From Candidatus Latescibacterota bacterium (lineage in GTDB: Bacteria; Latescibacterota; UBA2968; GCA-2709665): a stretch of 64,000 bases of DNA. Under the pieces are notes generated by a model. The model made no database searches. It saw only the letters and a program-made list of their open reading frames with translations, and had not been told where the DNA came from. Position 1 is the stretch's first letter. Every line of letters starts with the position of its first letter. The stretch lies in the NCBI GenBank assembly GCA_965237675.1, contig OZ250150.1:928001-992000 (forward strand), written 5' to 3'. The translations under genes were made by a program, and so were the position numbers. Positions 9,260-21,517 of this stretch are shown here, one piece after another.

Positions 9260-10227
9260 CTACTCCGGCGTATCATCTTAGACCTAACAAGGCAGCTGAT
9301 CGCTTTGCCTTACTTGAAGCGATCAGACGCCTTCCGTTGCTAGGCGACGGAGGTCTGGACAAATACACGTACTTCAGCATGGGGGGAGCATACCTAGAAG
9401 ATTTTCGCCTGTTGTACGAGTTTTGTCCCGAGATGGGTATGGTGTCGATTGAGAGCGATGGGGAAGTTTACAGGCGCCAGAAGTTTAACCTTCCTTTCCG
9501 GACACTGAAACTCATAGAAGAAGATGTGTCCTCATTCATTAGTCGTTACGACCCTGGCGACAACAAGAGCGTCTTCTGGTTGGACTATACAAGGCTGGAA
9601 TATGGATGCTTTCTAGATTTTTCAGCTTTGTTAGAGACAGTACCCCCAAACAGTATGATTAAGATTACATTGCGGTCCGATCCTCGGATATACTGGGATC
9701 AAAATCCTGCTGGACCGAACAATAAGCAGGCCGAGAGATTTAAGAGGCAATTTGGGGGTATCATGCCCGACTCGTCTGCCAACCCTCCCAGGGCACCAGA
9801 AGATCTAGCTTATCTTCTTCAAGAGATGCTCCAGATTGCTTCAGAGAAAGTGCTGCCGCCTGGCGCTACAGGCAGATCGTTTGTACCGGTGTCTTCGTTC
9901 TATTACTCCGATGGAACGTGGATGTTCACCTTGACGGGCCTTGTTTGCGATGTCGACAAGACACAAAGCGTGAGACGGGCATTCAGGAATTGGGAGTTCG
10001 CAAATCTGGATTGGAGTAAGCCAATCAGGATTTCTGTGCCGGTGCTTAGCACTAAGGAACGGCTGCATCTCCAGAGGATTTTGCCTACTAAGACAGCGGC
10101 TGGAAGAAGGCTCCGTAAACGCCTGGGTTATCTAATCGAGGACGATGTCCTAAAAACTGAGGATGCGCTCGAACAGTACGCGGCATTTCATCGGTATTCC
10201 CCGTATTTTGTAAGGGGAGTGCCGTAG
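9256..10227 (+). CDS. putative methyltransferase-like protein (Rossmann fold, 'O-methyltransferase'-type)
   Basis: YHLRPNK, YFSMGGAYLEDF, SIE, RQKFNLP, VFWLDY, FYYSDG motifs; ATGA overlap with the ATPase gene. Confidence 0.65.
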   Translation: MTTPAYHLRPNKAADRFALLEAIRRLPLLGDGGLDKYTYFSMGGAYLEDFRLLYEFCPEMGMVSIESDGEVYRRQKFNLPFRTLKLIEEDVSSFISRYDPGDNKSVFWLDYTRLEYGCFLDFSALLETVPPNSMIKITLRSDPRIYWDQNPAGPNNKQAERFKRQFGGIMPDSSANPPRAPEDLAYLLQEMLQIASEKVLPPGATGRSFVPVSSFYYSDGTWMFTLTGLVCDVDKTQSVRRAFRNWEFANLDWSKPIRISVPVLSTKERLHLQRILPTKTAAGRRLRKRLGYLIEDDVLKTEDALEQYAAFHRYSPYFVRGVP

Positions 10228-10239
10228 ATAGGTAGCACA

Positions 10240-10683
10240 ATGGACACCCGGACTCAAGAAGAGCGGAGCCGGATAATGGCAGCCGTTCATAGCAAAGACA
10301 CTAGACCGGAGTTATTGGTACGTCGCTTCTTGTGGTCGAAGGGTATACGATATCGACTGCATGCTGCCAACGTGCTAGGCACACCGGACATCGCTGTGCG
10401 GCGACATAGATTGGCGATATTCGTTCACGGCTGTTTCTGGCACGGCCATGAGGGATGTTCAAGGGGCAGGCTTCCGAAATCTAGGTTAGAGTACTGGGGT
10501 ACCAAGATCGATGCCAACAAGTGCAGAGATGCGGCGACCGCGGAGCAATTGAGTCTGGAAGGTTGGCATCGGCTAGTGATCTGGGAATGTCAACTAAGGA
10601 CGCAACAGGCTGCTGCTATTGCTTTGCCCCAACTATGGAGTGAAATCCGTTCGATATGTCCGGAAATCGGACAGACTCAATAG
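10240..10683 (+). CDS. vsr: very short patch repair endonuclease
   Basis: RSRIMAAV.SKDTRPE, GTPDI, FVHGCFWHGH, GW..LVIWECQ. Confidence 0.95.
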   Translation: MDTRTQEERSRIMAAVHSKDTRPELLVRRFLWSKGIRYRLHAANVLGTPDIAVRRHRLAIFVHGCFWHGHEGCSRGRLPKSRLEYWGTKIDANKCRDAATAEQLSLEGWHRLVIWECQLRTQQAAAIALPQLWSEIRSICPEIGQTQ

Positions 10684-10743
10684 TTCATTAGCTATACGCG
10701 TCTACTGCGTTCCAACGTACCTTGGTTTGGGGCCACTGATCAG

Positions 10744-12859
10744 ATGGATGCCCTCGTACTCGAAACCGATGTCTTAGGGCCAGCATCGCAGTCCAGGTAC
10801 GACGATAACCTGACGAGCTACCAATTCCCGAGTCGGTATTTGAGGCACTTCAGGCCGCTCTCGGAAGGTGCGGACTTGTTGGCTATCGTTTATGAACCGA
10901 GAGGTAAGCCTCCGCGTGGCCGCATGGCGTATGTTGGCTGGGCGGTGCTTAGTGGTTCTCCCCGCAGGGATCTGTCTGTGCCGGGTAACGCATACAGAGT
11001 AGATTTCCTGGACGCATTGCGGAGTTTCGAACAGCCCGTGCCGAGAGAGATAAATGGAGACCCCTTGGAACGATGGCTTCGCGACTATCCTCGCGGTCGT
11101 CTGCGAAACACCGCAACGAGAGGACGAGCTGTTAGGGGCTTAGCTCCCGATGAAGCCGAAGCCATTATCCTGTTCGGGGCGACTGACGTCGCGTGGGATG
11201 CCCGGGAAGAAACCAGCGGGGAGCATCATGTGACAAGCCCTGGTGATTCGCGTGTGCGGCAGGTTGTCACAAGGCTCGAGCGGAGCGCCCGATTTAGACA
11301 GGACGTCCTGGTGGTTTATGGGAATCAATGCGCTGTGTCGGGATTGTCGGCCAACGGCGTCGAGGGTCTCATCGAAGCGGCCCACATTAGAGGAGCCGGA
11401 CGGCCAGAGGACGGTCCGGATCACATCACAAACGGAATAGCGCTGACCCCCACCCTTCATCGACTGTTTGATCGTCACCTATTCTCGCTCCAGTACATCG
11501 GCGAGGAGCTTGTCGTCGTTACCTCCAATCAGCTGTCTGCTGGCATGGTGCAGGATTCGATCACTGGAAGCTGGCTCAAAGTAATACAGGATCAGCGAGT
11601 ACGCCTACCGTCGCATGCTAGTGTTTTGTCCCTAAAGTAACTTGACTATTTATTGAGCCTGTCCTATGTTCTCTCTACACGCTTCTTACACCCATCGGGA
11701 AAGGAGAGAACCATGGGACGCGGTCGTCCTCGGAAGCCCATTGTGTTGTCTGGCCAGGTCCGTGAGGAACTCAACTCACTTTCAACCTCTCGTACGTTGT
11801 CGCATGGTCTCGTGCGACGTGCCAAGATCGTCTTGATGAGCGTCGAAGGTCTCAGTAACCGGGTGATTGCCCAAAAAGTCGGGCTGAGCCAGCAGAGCGT
11901 CATCACCTGGCGTAACCGCTTTCTCCAGCAAGGATTAATGGGTCTGTATGATGAACGCCGTTCGGGCAGACCACGCACGGTTGAGGCCGAAGACATCACC
12001 GCACTGATCCGCAAGACGCTGACCACAAAACCCGAAGACGGCAGCACCCATTGGACGTGTCGTTCCATCGCTGCCGAAACGAAGATATCCAAATCCGAGG
12101 TGCAACGTATCTGGTCCACATTGGGGATTGCGCCACACCGTCAGAAGCACTTCAAGCTATCTAACGATCCCTTCTTCACAGAAAAAGTCCACGACATCGT
12201 CGGTCTGTATCTGGACCCACCGGATTCTGCGATAGTGCTTTGTGTCGACGAGAAAAGCCAGACGCAGGCGTTGGAGCGTACCCAGCCGCTTTTGCCGATG
12301 GGGCTGGGATATGTGGAGGGCGTGACGCACGATTACCGCCGCCACGGCACCACGACGTTGTTCGCTGCCCTGGACATTGCCTCGGGCGAGGTGTTGACGC
12401 AATGCAAGCGCAGGCACCGCCACCAGGAGTTTTTGCAGTTTCTCAACCACATCGACCAAAACGTCCCTGATGATCTCGATGTGCATTTGATCGTCGACAA
12501 CTATTGTACGCACAAACACACCAAAGTGAAACGATGGCTTTCACAAAGACCCAGATACCACGTTCACTTTACACCGACCTACGCATCCTGGCTCAACCAG
12601 GTCGAGATCTGGTTCAATATCATCACTCAGAAGGCCATCAGGCGCGGCTCCTTCAGATCTGTCAATGAACTTATCGACAGAATACAAACCTTCACCGACA
12701 ACTACAACGACACGTCGAAGCCTTTCCTCTGGACCGCCACCGCACAATCGATCATCCAAAAAGTCGAACGATTTTGTAAAGCTATTTCTGGGACGGGACA
12801 CTAGCTCCCGCCCTGGTCGCGAGTTTGTTGCCTTCCACCGGCGTTTACTCCGTTCATAG
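10744..12859 (+). pseudogene. HNH endonuclease with N-terminal EVE/PUA-like domain, 3' end interrupted by IS630
   Basis: YDD...YQFP N-terminus; FR..VL..Y...CAVSG...EAAHI...NGIALTPTLHRLFD. Removing the IS restores ...RLPSHASSRPGREFVAFHRRLLRS* (stop at 12859). Confidence 0.85.
11621..12801 (+). mobile_element. IS630-family element (transposase 11713..12804)
   Basis: DDE motifs VDEKSQ, IVDNY, WLNQVE; TA duplication in CTAG at 11619-20 and 12802-03; imperfect inverted repeats. Confidence 0.95.
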
Positions 12860-13016
12860 CTGAAGAGCCGGTATTCGTAACATAGACTTACAAGGGTGTT
12901 CCTTCGTCTCGGCTCACAGCCGACACAACCAAGTAGGCTCTTGGCGACGAGCAATGGGTGTATGTATAGGTAAAAGTGAGGCGCCGATTTCGGTACTATG
13001 CTGTTCGCTGAAACCG

Positions 13017-15386
<2,370 letters not shown>

Positions 15387-15547
15387 TCTCAGCGGGTGCT
15401 CACAACGGCGGCATCCGAGGAGCCGAGATAGGCGCGGACTGCAGGGCATCAGTCGACAACGCGTCATTGACGTAGAGCAATTCGTCCCGAAGCCGCACTT
15501 CGGCCTGCAGCGCATATTCGATGAAGGTAGTAAAAGAAGGGACCACG

Positions 15548-16021
15548 ATGGCAATCACGCTGGCGGCAGGCGATGTTGCCCCGGATTTCGCGCACGCCGA
15601 CCAGGACGGCAATATCCATTCGCTGGCCGAATACAGGGGCCGGACGGTCGTCCTCTACTTCTATCCGCGCGATGAGACCCCGGGTTGTACGACTCAGGCC
15701 TGCTCTTTTCGGGATCATCACGCCGAAATCCTGGCCGCGGGTGCAATCGTGCTCGGCGTTTCTAGAGACGATGCCGATTCGCACCGGGATTTCCGCGAAC
15801 GCCACCGGCTGCCGTTTCCCCTGCTGGTAGATGACGAAGCAACCGTCGCCACGCGCTATGGCGCCTGGGGTGAGAAAGTCCTCTATGGTCGTCGGTTCCA
15901 GGGAATGACGCGGTCGACTTTCATCATTGGCCCCGATGGAATACTGACCAGGGTTTGGAAACGGGCCCGGCCCGCCGAGCACGGCGCGGCGGTGCTAAAG
16001 GCGCTGCGCGAGTCCGCTTAA
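15548..16021 (+). CDS. bcp: thioredoxin-dependent thiol peroxidase (BCP/PrxQ)
   Basis: YFYPRDETPGCTTQAC, RSTFII. Confidence 0.92.
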   Translation: MAITLAAGDVAPDFAHADQDGNIHSLAEYRGRTVVLYFYPRDETPGCTTQACSFRDHHAEILAAGAIVLGVSRDDADSHRDFRERHRLPFPLLVDDEATVATRYGAWGEKVLYGRRFQGMTRSTFIIGPDGILTRVWKRARPAEHGAAVLKALRESA

Positions 16022-16148
16022 GCGCGACCAAACTGCTCTTTGCGTTGGCCGGTGGCCCGCGAACTTACCACCGTCGACTCCCCTCCGGCAAGCTGATGGA
16101 GACTATCATCGAGAATGACCCCGTCACTGGAGGAAGGTGCATTCGACG

Positions 16149-16977
16149 ATGATTGAATGGCTTGGTATTGGCCACCTTTTCGAACTTTCAGGGACGGAAG
16201 CGATTGCGGGGTATTTCACCCCGCTGGTGATCTTCGCCGTGTTTTTCCTGGCGCAGCTCATACTGCCTGGAAAGTGGGTCTCCGGCTACGTCATCAATCC
16301 GGAGACCGGCGAGCCCCGCAACTAACGGCTGAACGGTATTCTGGTATTTGCAATCGCGCTGATCGTGTGGGCGTTCGAGCTCACCGGGATGCCGCGTGAT
16401 TGGTTCTACCGGTCATCAATCTATGCCGTGGCCGGCGGAACGGTTTTCACCACTATCTTTACAGTCGTAGCGGTGTTCAGCCAGCCGCAAGGCAGGATAA
16501 AGAATCCGCTCCTGGCGCTGTGGGCCATGGCCGCTTACCCGGACCCCGGATTCTCGCCGGCGTGGCCGAAGTTTTGGCTCATCGGAACGCCTGCGCTGTT
16601 TCTGGTCGGGTGGGTTGAACTCGCGCAGCGCCAATATGCAGAAATACACATTCAAGCGGTGGCCCGACCGCAAGTTTCTCGGTCTGATCGAGCCTGAGTT
16701 CATTGAGGCCGGTGACCGCAAGATCCTGTGCAGCGGACTATGGGGTGTCGCCCGCCACTTCAACTATCTGGGCGAGGGGTTTCTTTCCCTGTCAATCGCC
16801 CTGGTGTTCGGCCACTTCACCAATCCCTGGGCCTGGACCTACTTTGTCTTCATCGTCACGCTGTTCACCGTGCGTCAAGTTCAGGACGACAGGCGCTGTG
16901 CCGAGAAATACGGCCCCGAAAAGTGGGCGGAATATCAGGCACGGGTGAAGCACCGAATTATTCCTGGCATCTATTGA
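16149..16977 (+). pseudogene. ERG4/ERG24 (sterol reductase)-family membrane protein
   Basis: In-frame TAA at 16323, apparent internal deletion, frameshift near 16615; C-terminal LCSGLWGVARHFNYLGE...DDRRCAEKYG..W.EY..RV..RIIPGIY. Confidence 0.8.
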
Positions 16978-17142
16978 GAATGGCCCCGCGAATTTCATGC
17001 AGGGCGCCTGTGAATCGTTGACCTGGCCCGACGCGCGGTCCATACGGCCGCGCGTGTGCGGTTTAGCCAAACGCGAAAATTCGTCTGCCGGGATAAGCGA
17101 CGTTTCTTTGAAATAAGAATGGGAGAAAGAAGGACTACCCTA

Positions 17143-18042
17143 ATGAAGGGGCTTTTTTTTGTCACCATCGTGGCGTTGTCAAGCCTGTTTTCCTGTTCAG
17201 GAAATGACGACATGCCACTCGATGCACCTGCTACAACAGGATTATTTACACAAACACTGTCCCATAACGGAATAACAAGAGAATATATCGTGTATGTGCC
17301 GGATTCTTATGATGAGAATTCAAGAGTCCCATTGATGTTTAACTTTCACGGATTTGGTCAGACCGCAGACCAATATTTGAATTTCGCAGATATGCGGTCA
17401 TTGGCGGATACAGGGAATTTTATTCTGGTTTATCCTCAAGGTACCCTGCTGGATGGAGACCCGCACTGGAATGCCGGACTGAAAACAGATGACAACAAAA
17501 GTGATGCGGATGACTTTGGCTTTGTGGAAGCACTGATCGTTGAAATCTCCTCCAATTATAAGATTGATCCAGCAAGAGTATATTCCTGTGGTTACTCAAA
17601 TGGCGCTTTTTTTGCATATGCACTTGCTTGCTATCAAAGTGATAAAATAGCGGCAATAGGTTCTGTTGCCGGAACGATGATGGAGGAAACATTTAACAAC
17701 TGCAGTCCATCACACCCAACGGCCATGATAAATATCCATGGTACGTCAGACGCTTATGTGCCCTATGGGGGGATTGAAGGACTAAAATCAATCGATGACG
17801 TGCTTGCTTATTGGACAGGTTTCAATAATACGGGTACTACTCCCACAGTAAATCGCATAAATGATGGTGCAACAACAATCGAACGCTATTCCTATACGGA
17901 TGGAGACGACAATACCGCCGTTGATCATTTTAAGGTTATCAACGGAGGGCACGTCTGGTTCGATCTCAACTACGACGGTTCCAATACAAGTGCGCTGATC
18001 TGGAATTTTGTTTCAAGATACGACATTAATGGATTGAGGTAA
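17143..18042 (+). CDS. lipoprotein, PHB-depolymerase/LpqC-type alpha/beta hydrolase
   Basis: Lipobox LFSC, NFHGFG, VYPQG, GYSNG nucleophile elbow, HGTSD, GGHVW; noticeably AT-rich. Confidence 0.88.
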   Translation: MKGLFFVTIVALSSLFSCSGNDDMPLDAPATTGLFTQTLSHNGITREYIVYVPDSYDENSRVPLMFNFHGFGQTADQYLNFADMRSLADTGNFILVYPQGTLLDGDPHWNAGLKTDDNKSDADDFGFVEALIVEISSNYKIDPARVYSCGYSNGAFFAYALACYQSDKIAAIGSVAGTMMEETFNNCSPSHPTAMINIHGTSDAYVPYGGIEGLKSIDDVLAYWTGFNNTGTTPTVNRINDGATTIERYSYTDGDDNTAVDHFKVINGGHVWFDLNYDGSNTSALIWNFVSRYDINGLR

Positions 18043-18088
18043 TTCGTCGGGATCCAGGCGACTCAAGCAACGGGAGCTAAACTTCCAC

Positions 18089-18796
18089 ATGAAAGCTAAA
18101 AATTCACAAGAATCCCAAAGATTACTGGACTCCGTAAAGGAAAAGTACAACGATCCTACAGAACTTGAAATCCGAAAAGAAGATCTGAAAATCGGTATCA
18201 GAGAGGAAGAACAAGCGTTTGTTGGAAAATACCCTGTAGACAGCCGCCTGTTAGACATCGGATGTGCGACAGGACGATTATGCTTCGCACTTGCGCGGCT
18301 TGGATATAGCGTCACCGGTATTGATGTCGCAAAAAAGCAGATTGAACAGGCACGGCGAAATGCTGCAAAGGAACCCATCAACGTGACATTCCTACAATAT
18401 GAAATGCCGACGCTACCTTTTTCCAATGCCTCATTTGCCGCTGCATTTGTGGGAAACGTATACTGTTATGTCCCCCACCGCGCATCAAGAATCGCTTTCT
18501 TAGAAGAGATCTCGCGTGTGTTATATCCAAATGGCGAAGTTTTAATGTCTCAGACAGTGCTGGATTCTGTACTGAAGAATTACGAGGAGGTTTACGATGA
18601 CAACCATCGTCAATTTGCTCTCAAATATGACACCCTGGAAGAAGGGGACGGATTTGCATTGGGATCACCAAATTACCTGCATTTTTTCTTCGCTGAAGAT
18701 CTCATAGCAGAACTGGAAGCATCTCCGTTTCAGGTTGTGAATTCAGTTTTGAAGAAAGAGAAATTCACATGCGTTTTAAAGAAGCAAAACACATGA
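18089..18796 (+). CDS. class I SAM-dependent methyltransferase
   Basis: LLDIGCATGR, VTGIDV, LPFSNASF. Confidence 0.88.
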   Translation: MKAKNSQESQRLLDSVKEKYNDPTELEIRKEDLKIGIREEEQAFVGKYPVDSRLLDIGCATGRLCFALARLGYSVTGIDVAKKQIEQARRNAAKEPINVTFLQYEMPTLPFSNASFAAAFVGNVYCYVPHRASRIAFLEEISRVLYPNGEVLMSQTVLDSVLKNYEEVYDDNHRQFALKYDTLEEGDGFALGSPNYLHFFFAEDLIAELEASPFQVVNSVLKKEKFTCVLKKQNT

Positions 18797-19124
18797 TGTT
18801 TCACATCTACAATCCTTGCGATGTTGTGAAGATTTATACTGAACCAGTACGATGACCATACTTTCATCAGGGTTTTTCCAGGCATCGCGGTTCGTCGCAG
18901 TGGTACCTCAACCGGTTGATTCATACTCTATATCGGCACGTAGGTATAAAGAGCTTATCAAGATTCTGGGGCTAAAACATGATAAGAAGTGTGGCTGAGG
19001 CGGGGCCCTCGGCGGGGGCACCGCTGATAGCCTTACGCGAATCAGCGGAACGGGTTACAACTGACGAACTCTCAGACCAGTTCATGAACACACCGACCAG
19101 CCCCCAGTCCCCAGGCCCCGCTTC

Positions 19125-19862
19125 TCAATGCTTACACGCCACATGTCGATCTTCGTATTTTCCCTTTAGAAACCTTTCCGGATTGAGTTCTTCCGGCAGA
19201 TAATGCCAGGCCGTACTATAGCGCGTGCGATTGCTGTGGTTATCATTAGCACCGTGCAGGAGATTGGCGGAAAACAGAACAACCGTGCCAGCGGGAATGA
19301 CCAGATCCACAGCCCGCGATTCATCGACCTCCGTCCAACTGCCATGCCTGCCTGGATTTTTGCGATGCTCGACAATCTTGCCTATCAGGTGGCTGCCGGG
19401 CACGACCCGCAAACACCCATTCTCCACATCTGAATCTTCCAGATAAATTCCGCAACTGACAATGCGATCCGTATCGGTGCCAAAATAAAAATTGTCCTGA
19501 TGCCAGCTCGTTGATGTGCCGCCGTTGGGCAACTTCGGAAAAAACTTGGTGCCAAACACATCGATATTCTCACCAATCAAACCTGCCACGCGGTCTAAAA
19601 TCGCCGGTTCACGCGCCAGTTCCAACACGCGGGCATCGACCACGCAAACCCCCTGAACTTTGTGCAACAGACCCGCCCGGGGTTTACCGCGTTCGTCCAA
19701 CTCGAGCGCCCAGTGCGGCGTCTCCTCGGTCATTTTGCGTCCCTCTGCGACCAGTTCATCAAACACGCGTTTGTAATGGGCCAATCGCTCGCCTTGTATC
19801 AGGGCTTCAAAAACGAGATACCCATCTTCTCGAAACTGCCGGACCTGTTCGTCAGTTAACAT
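19125..19862 (-). CDS. phytanoyl-CoA dioxygenase (PhyH) family protein
   Basis: WHQD, ENGCLRVVPGSH, LLHG...N.S.R.R. Confidence 0.93.
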   Translation of the reverse strand: MLTDEQVRQFREDGYLVFEALIQGERLAHYKRVFDELVAEGRKMTEETPHWALELDERGKPRAGLLHKVQGVCVVDARVLELAREPAILDRVAGLIGENIDVFGTKFFPKLPNGGTSTSWHQDNFYFGTDTDRIVSCGIYLEDSDVENGCLRVVPGSHLIGKIVEHRKNPGRHGSWTEVDESRAVDLVIPAGTVVLFSANLLHGANDNHSNRTRYSTAWHYLPEELNPERFLKGKYEDRHVACKH

Positions 19863-20052
19863 TAAGACCTCCTCAAATTCGCTCGGCTACTTCGGTCGCG
19901 CAGAGGCGACCAGCACGGCATCGGGCCTGGAATCTGTCTCGATTACAGTGGAAATACGCCAGGGAATCCATGTGCAACTCAGTTCCTGTTAACGCGCAGT
20001 CTATTGGCTGCCGCGAGTAGATCTGAAACGAGTACCGCGAACGACGCGGCAA

Positions 20053-21162
20053 TCACATCCGGCTCGACGCTGGGGTGGGCCGCGCGGACCGCCAGACATG
20101 CTCGTTCTTCTCCATCCACGTCAGTACGTGTTCGCCCTGCGACGGTTCCCGTCCTGGACCGGTCAGGAGGTCCGCGGCGAGTTGGCTGGGAGCCACGCAA
20201 CGAAGGCCGTCGCGGTCGACTGCCCTATCAAAGACCACTTGGTCGAGAGGCTCTATAATCACCACGTTGGCGCCGGCTTCTGTCTCCCGAAGATCCAGTT
20301 GCTGGATAAATTGGATCGAGTCATTAACGTAGACGGCCACCAGTGCTGCCGGGGCAATCGGATCGAATCGCTGGGCAGCGAACGCGCCAGTGGCGACGTA
20401 CGGAAGCTTCGTCGCGCGGAGCTTCTTCTCGAGAGCCGATATTCCCCGTGGCTCAAGAGCCATCGTAGACGTGTTCGAGTCCGTTTGGTCGTAATCCTCA
20501 GTCCATCGCCTTATCACGCCTTTCCAATCGACGGCGGATACCCCTCCCCGCACGCGGGTCACGATGGCTTCCCGTTCGAGCAAGTCCAAAACGCGCGACA
20601 AGGTCGGCGCCGACGCGCTGGTCGACTCGGCCAACTCTCGGACACCGTACGGGGGAATTGTGTCGATGATGGCCCTCACTGCTCGTGCAGCACCCCGGCC
20701 CCGCAGCGATTGGAGCTTGTGATCCCTCGGCCAGGGATCACGATTCACCCCGTCGGCAGAAATGAACAGCCCCGGCATGGACGCTTCAATTCGGACATTG
20801 CCCGTAGTGTCGATGTATCCGACACCTCGGTCACGAATGAGAGCACGGGCGCGGGGAGAAAGGTAGGAGGACGCAACTACAGGTACCGCCCGCGGCATCG
20901 CGTGGGCTTTGATGGTGGAGAGCTGCTCGATCGCGCGGAGGACGCCGCGTGGTTCCAGATTGCGCTTGATCTCAATGACAAGGACCACCGTAGCTCCTGC
21001 CGGTGACGCGATTTCTGCCAGCAGATCCACCTGGTAACGACCTGCCAGGGCCTCCATCCGGGCGCAAAGTGACCAGCCGCACGGCATTCGTTCAGCCAGA
21101 GCGCGCTCGACGTGGCGAGCGACCTGAATGTCGGTCGGTGGCTTTTTGTCTGGGAGAGGCAT
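20053..21162 (-). CDS. AbiEi-like (type IV toxin-antitoxin) antitoxin / HTH regulator
   Basis: Nuclease-like N-terminus (VDL...IEIK, GYIDTTGN), HTH 'VRELAESTSASAPTLSRVL', 'GANV', 'QLAADLL.GPGR'; 3' end runs into a deletion junction. Confidence 0.7.
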   Translation of the reverse strand: MPLPDKKPPTDIQVARHVERALAERMPCGWSLCARMEALAGRYQVDLLAEIASPAGATVVLVIEIKRNLEPRGVLRAIEQLSTIKAHAMPRAVPVVASSYLSPRARALIRDRGVGYIDTTGNVRIEASMPGLFISADGVNRDPWPRDHKLQSLRGRGAARAVRAIIDTIPPYGVRELAESTSASAPTLSRVLDLLEREAIVTRVRGGVSAVDWKGVIRRWTEDYDQTDSNTSTMALEPRGISALEKKLRATKLPYVATGAFAAQRFDPIAPAALVAVYVNDSIQFIQQLDLRETEAGANVVIIEPLDQVVFDRAVDRDGLRCVAPSQLAADLLTGPGREPSQGEHVLTWMEKNEHVWRSARPTPASSRM

Positions 21163-21184
21163 GGATCTCCTATGCTGCTACGGG

Positions 21185-21239
21185 TATTTCATTAAATATA
21201 ATGTTTCGCGTTGTCTGAAACAAGTTATTTTATGAAACA
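21185..21239. promoter_or_regulatory. 23-bp inverted-repeat operator upstream of the AbiEi-like gene
   Basis: TATTTCATTAAATATAATGTTTC-N9-GAAACAAGTTATTTTATGAAACA; arms match at 18 of 23 positions. Confidence 0.7.
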
Positions 21240-21517
21240 CAGACTTTACCTTGCACCGTATCTCTGGAGATTTCTCTCATTGCCGTTGAAAGGATTCCGG
21301 AGCGCTTTGGGGGTCAGCCGGATTGCGAAAGTTCCCAATCCTACGAACGGCTCACAGGGCAGGGTGCGAATCCTGGAAGACACAGGATCAGTCTTTGGCT
21401 ATATTAGGCCGGTAGTCAAGGGCCTGAGCGCTCGAACGTGTTCCGGTCGGGGACTTTCCCTATACGCTGACACTTCGGATGTTTACTTGAAGGTTAAGAT
21501 CAGAAAGGAGTAGACCC

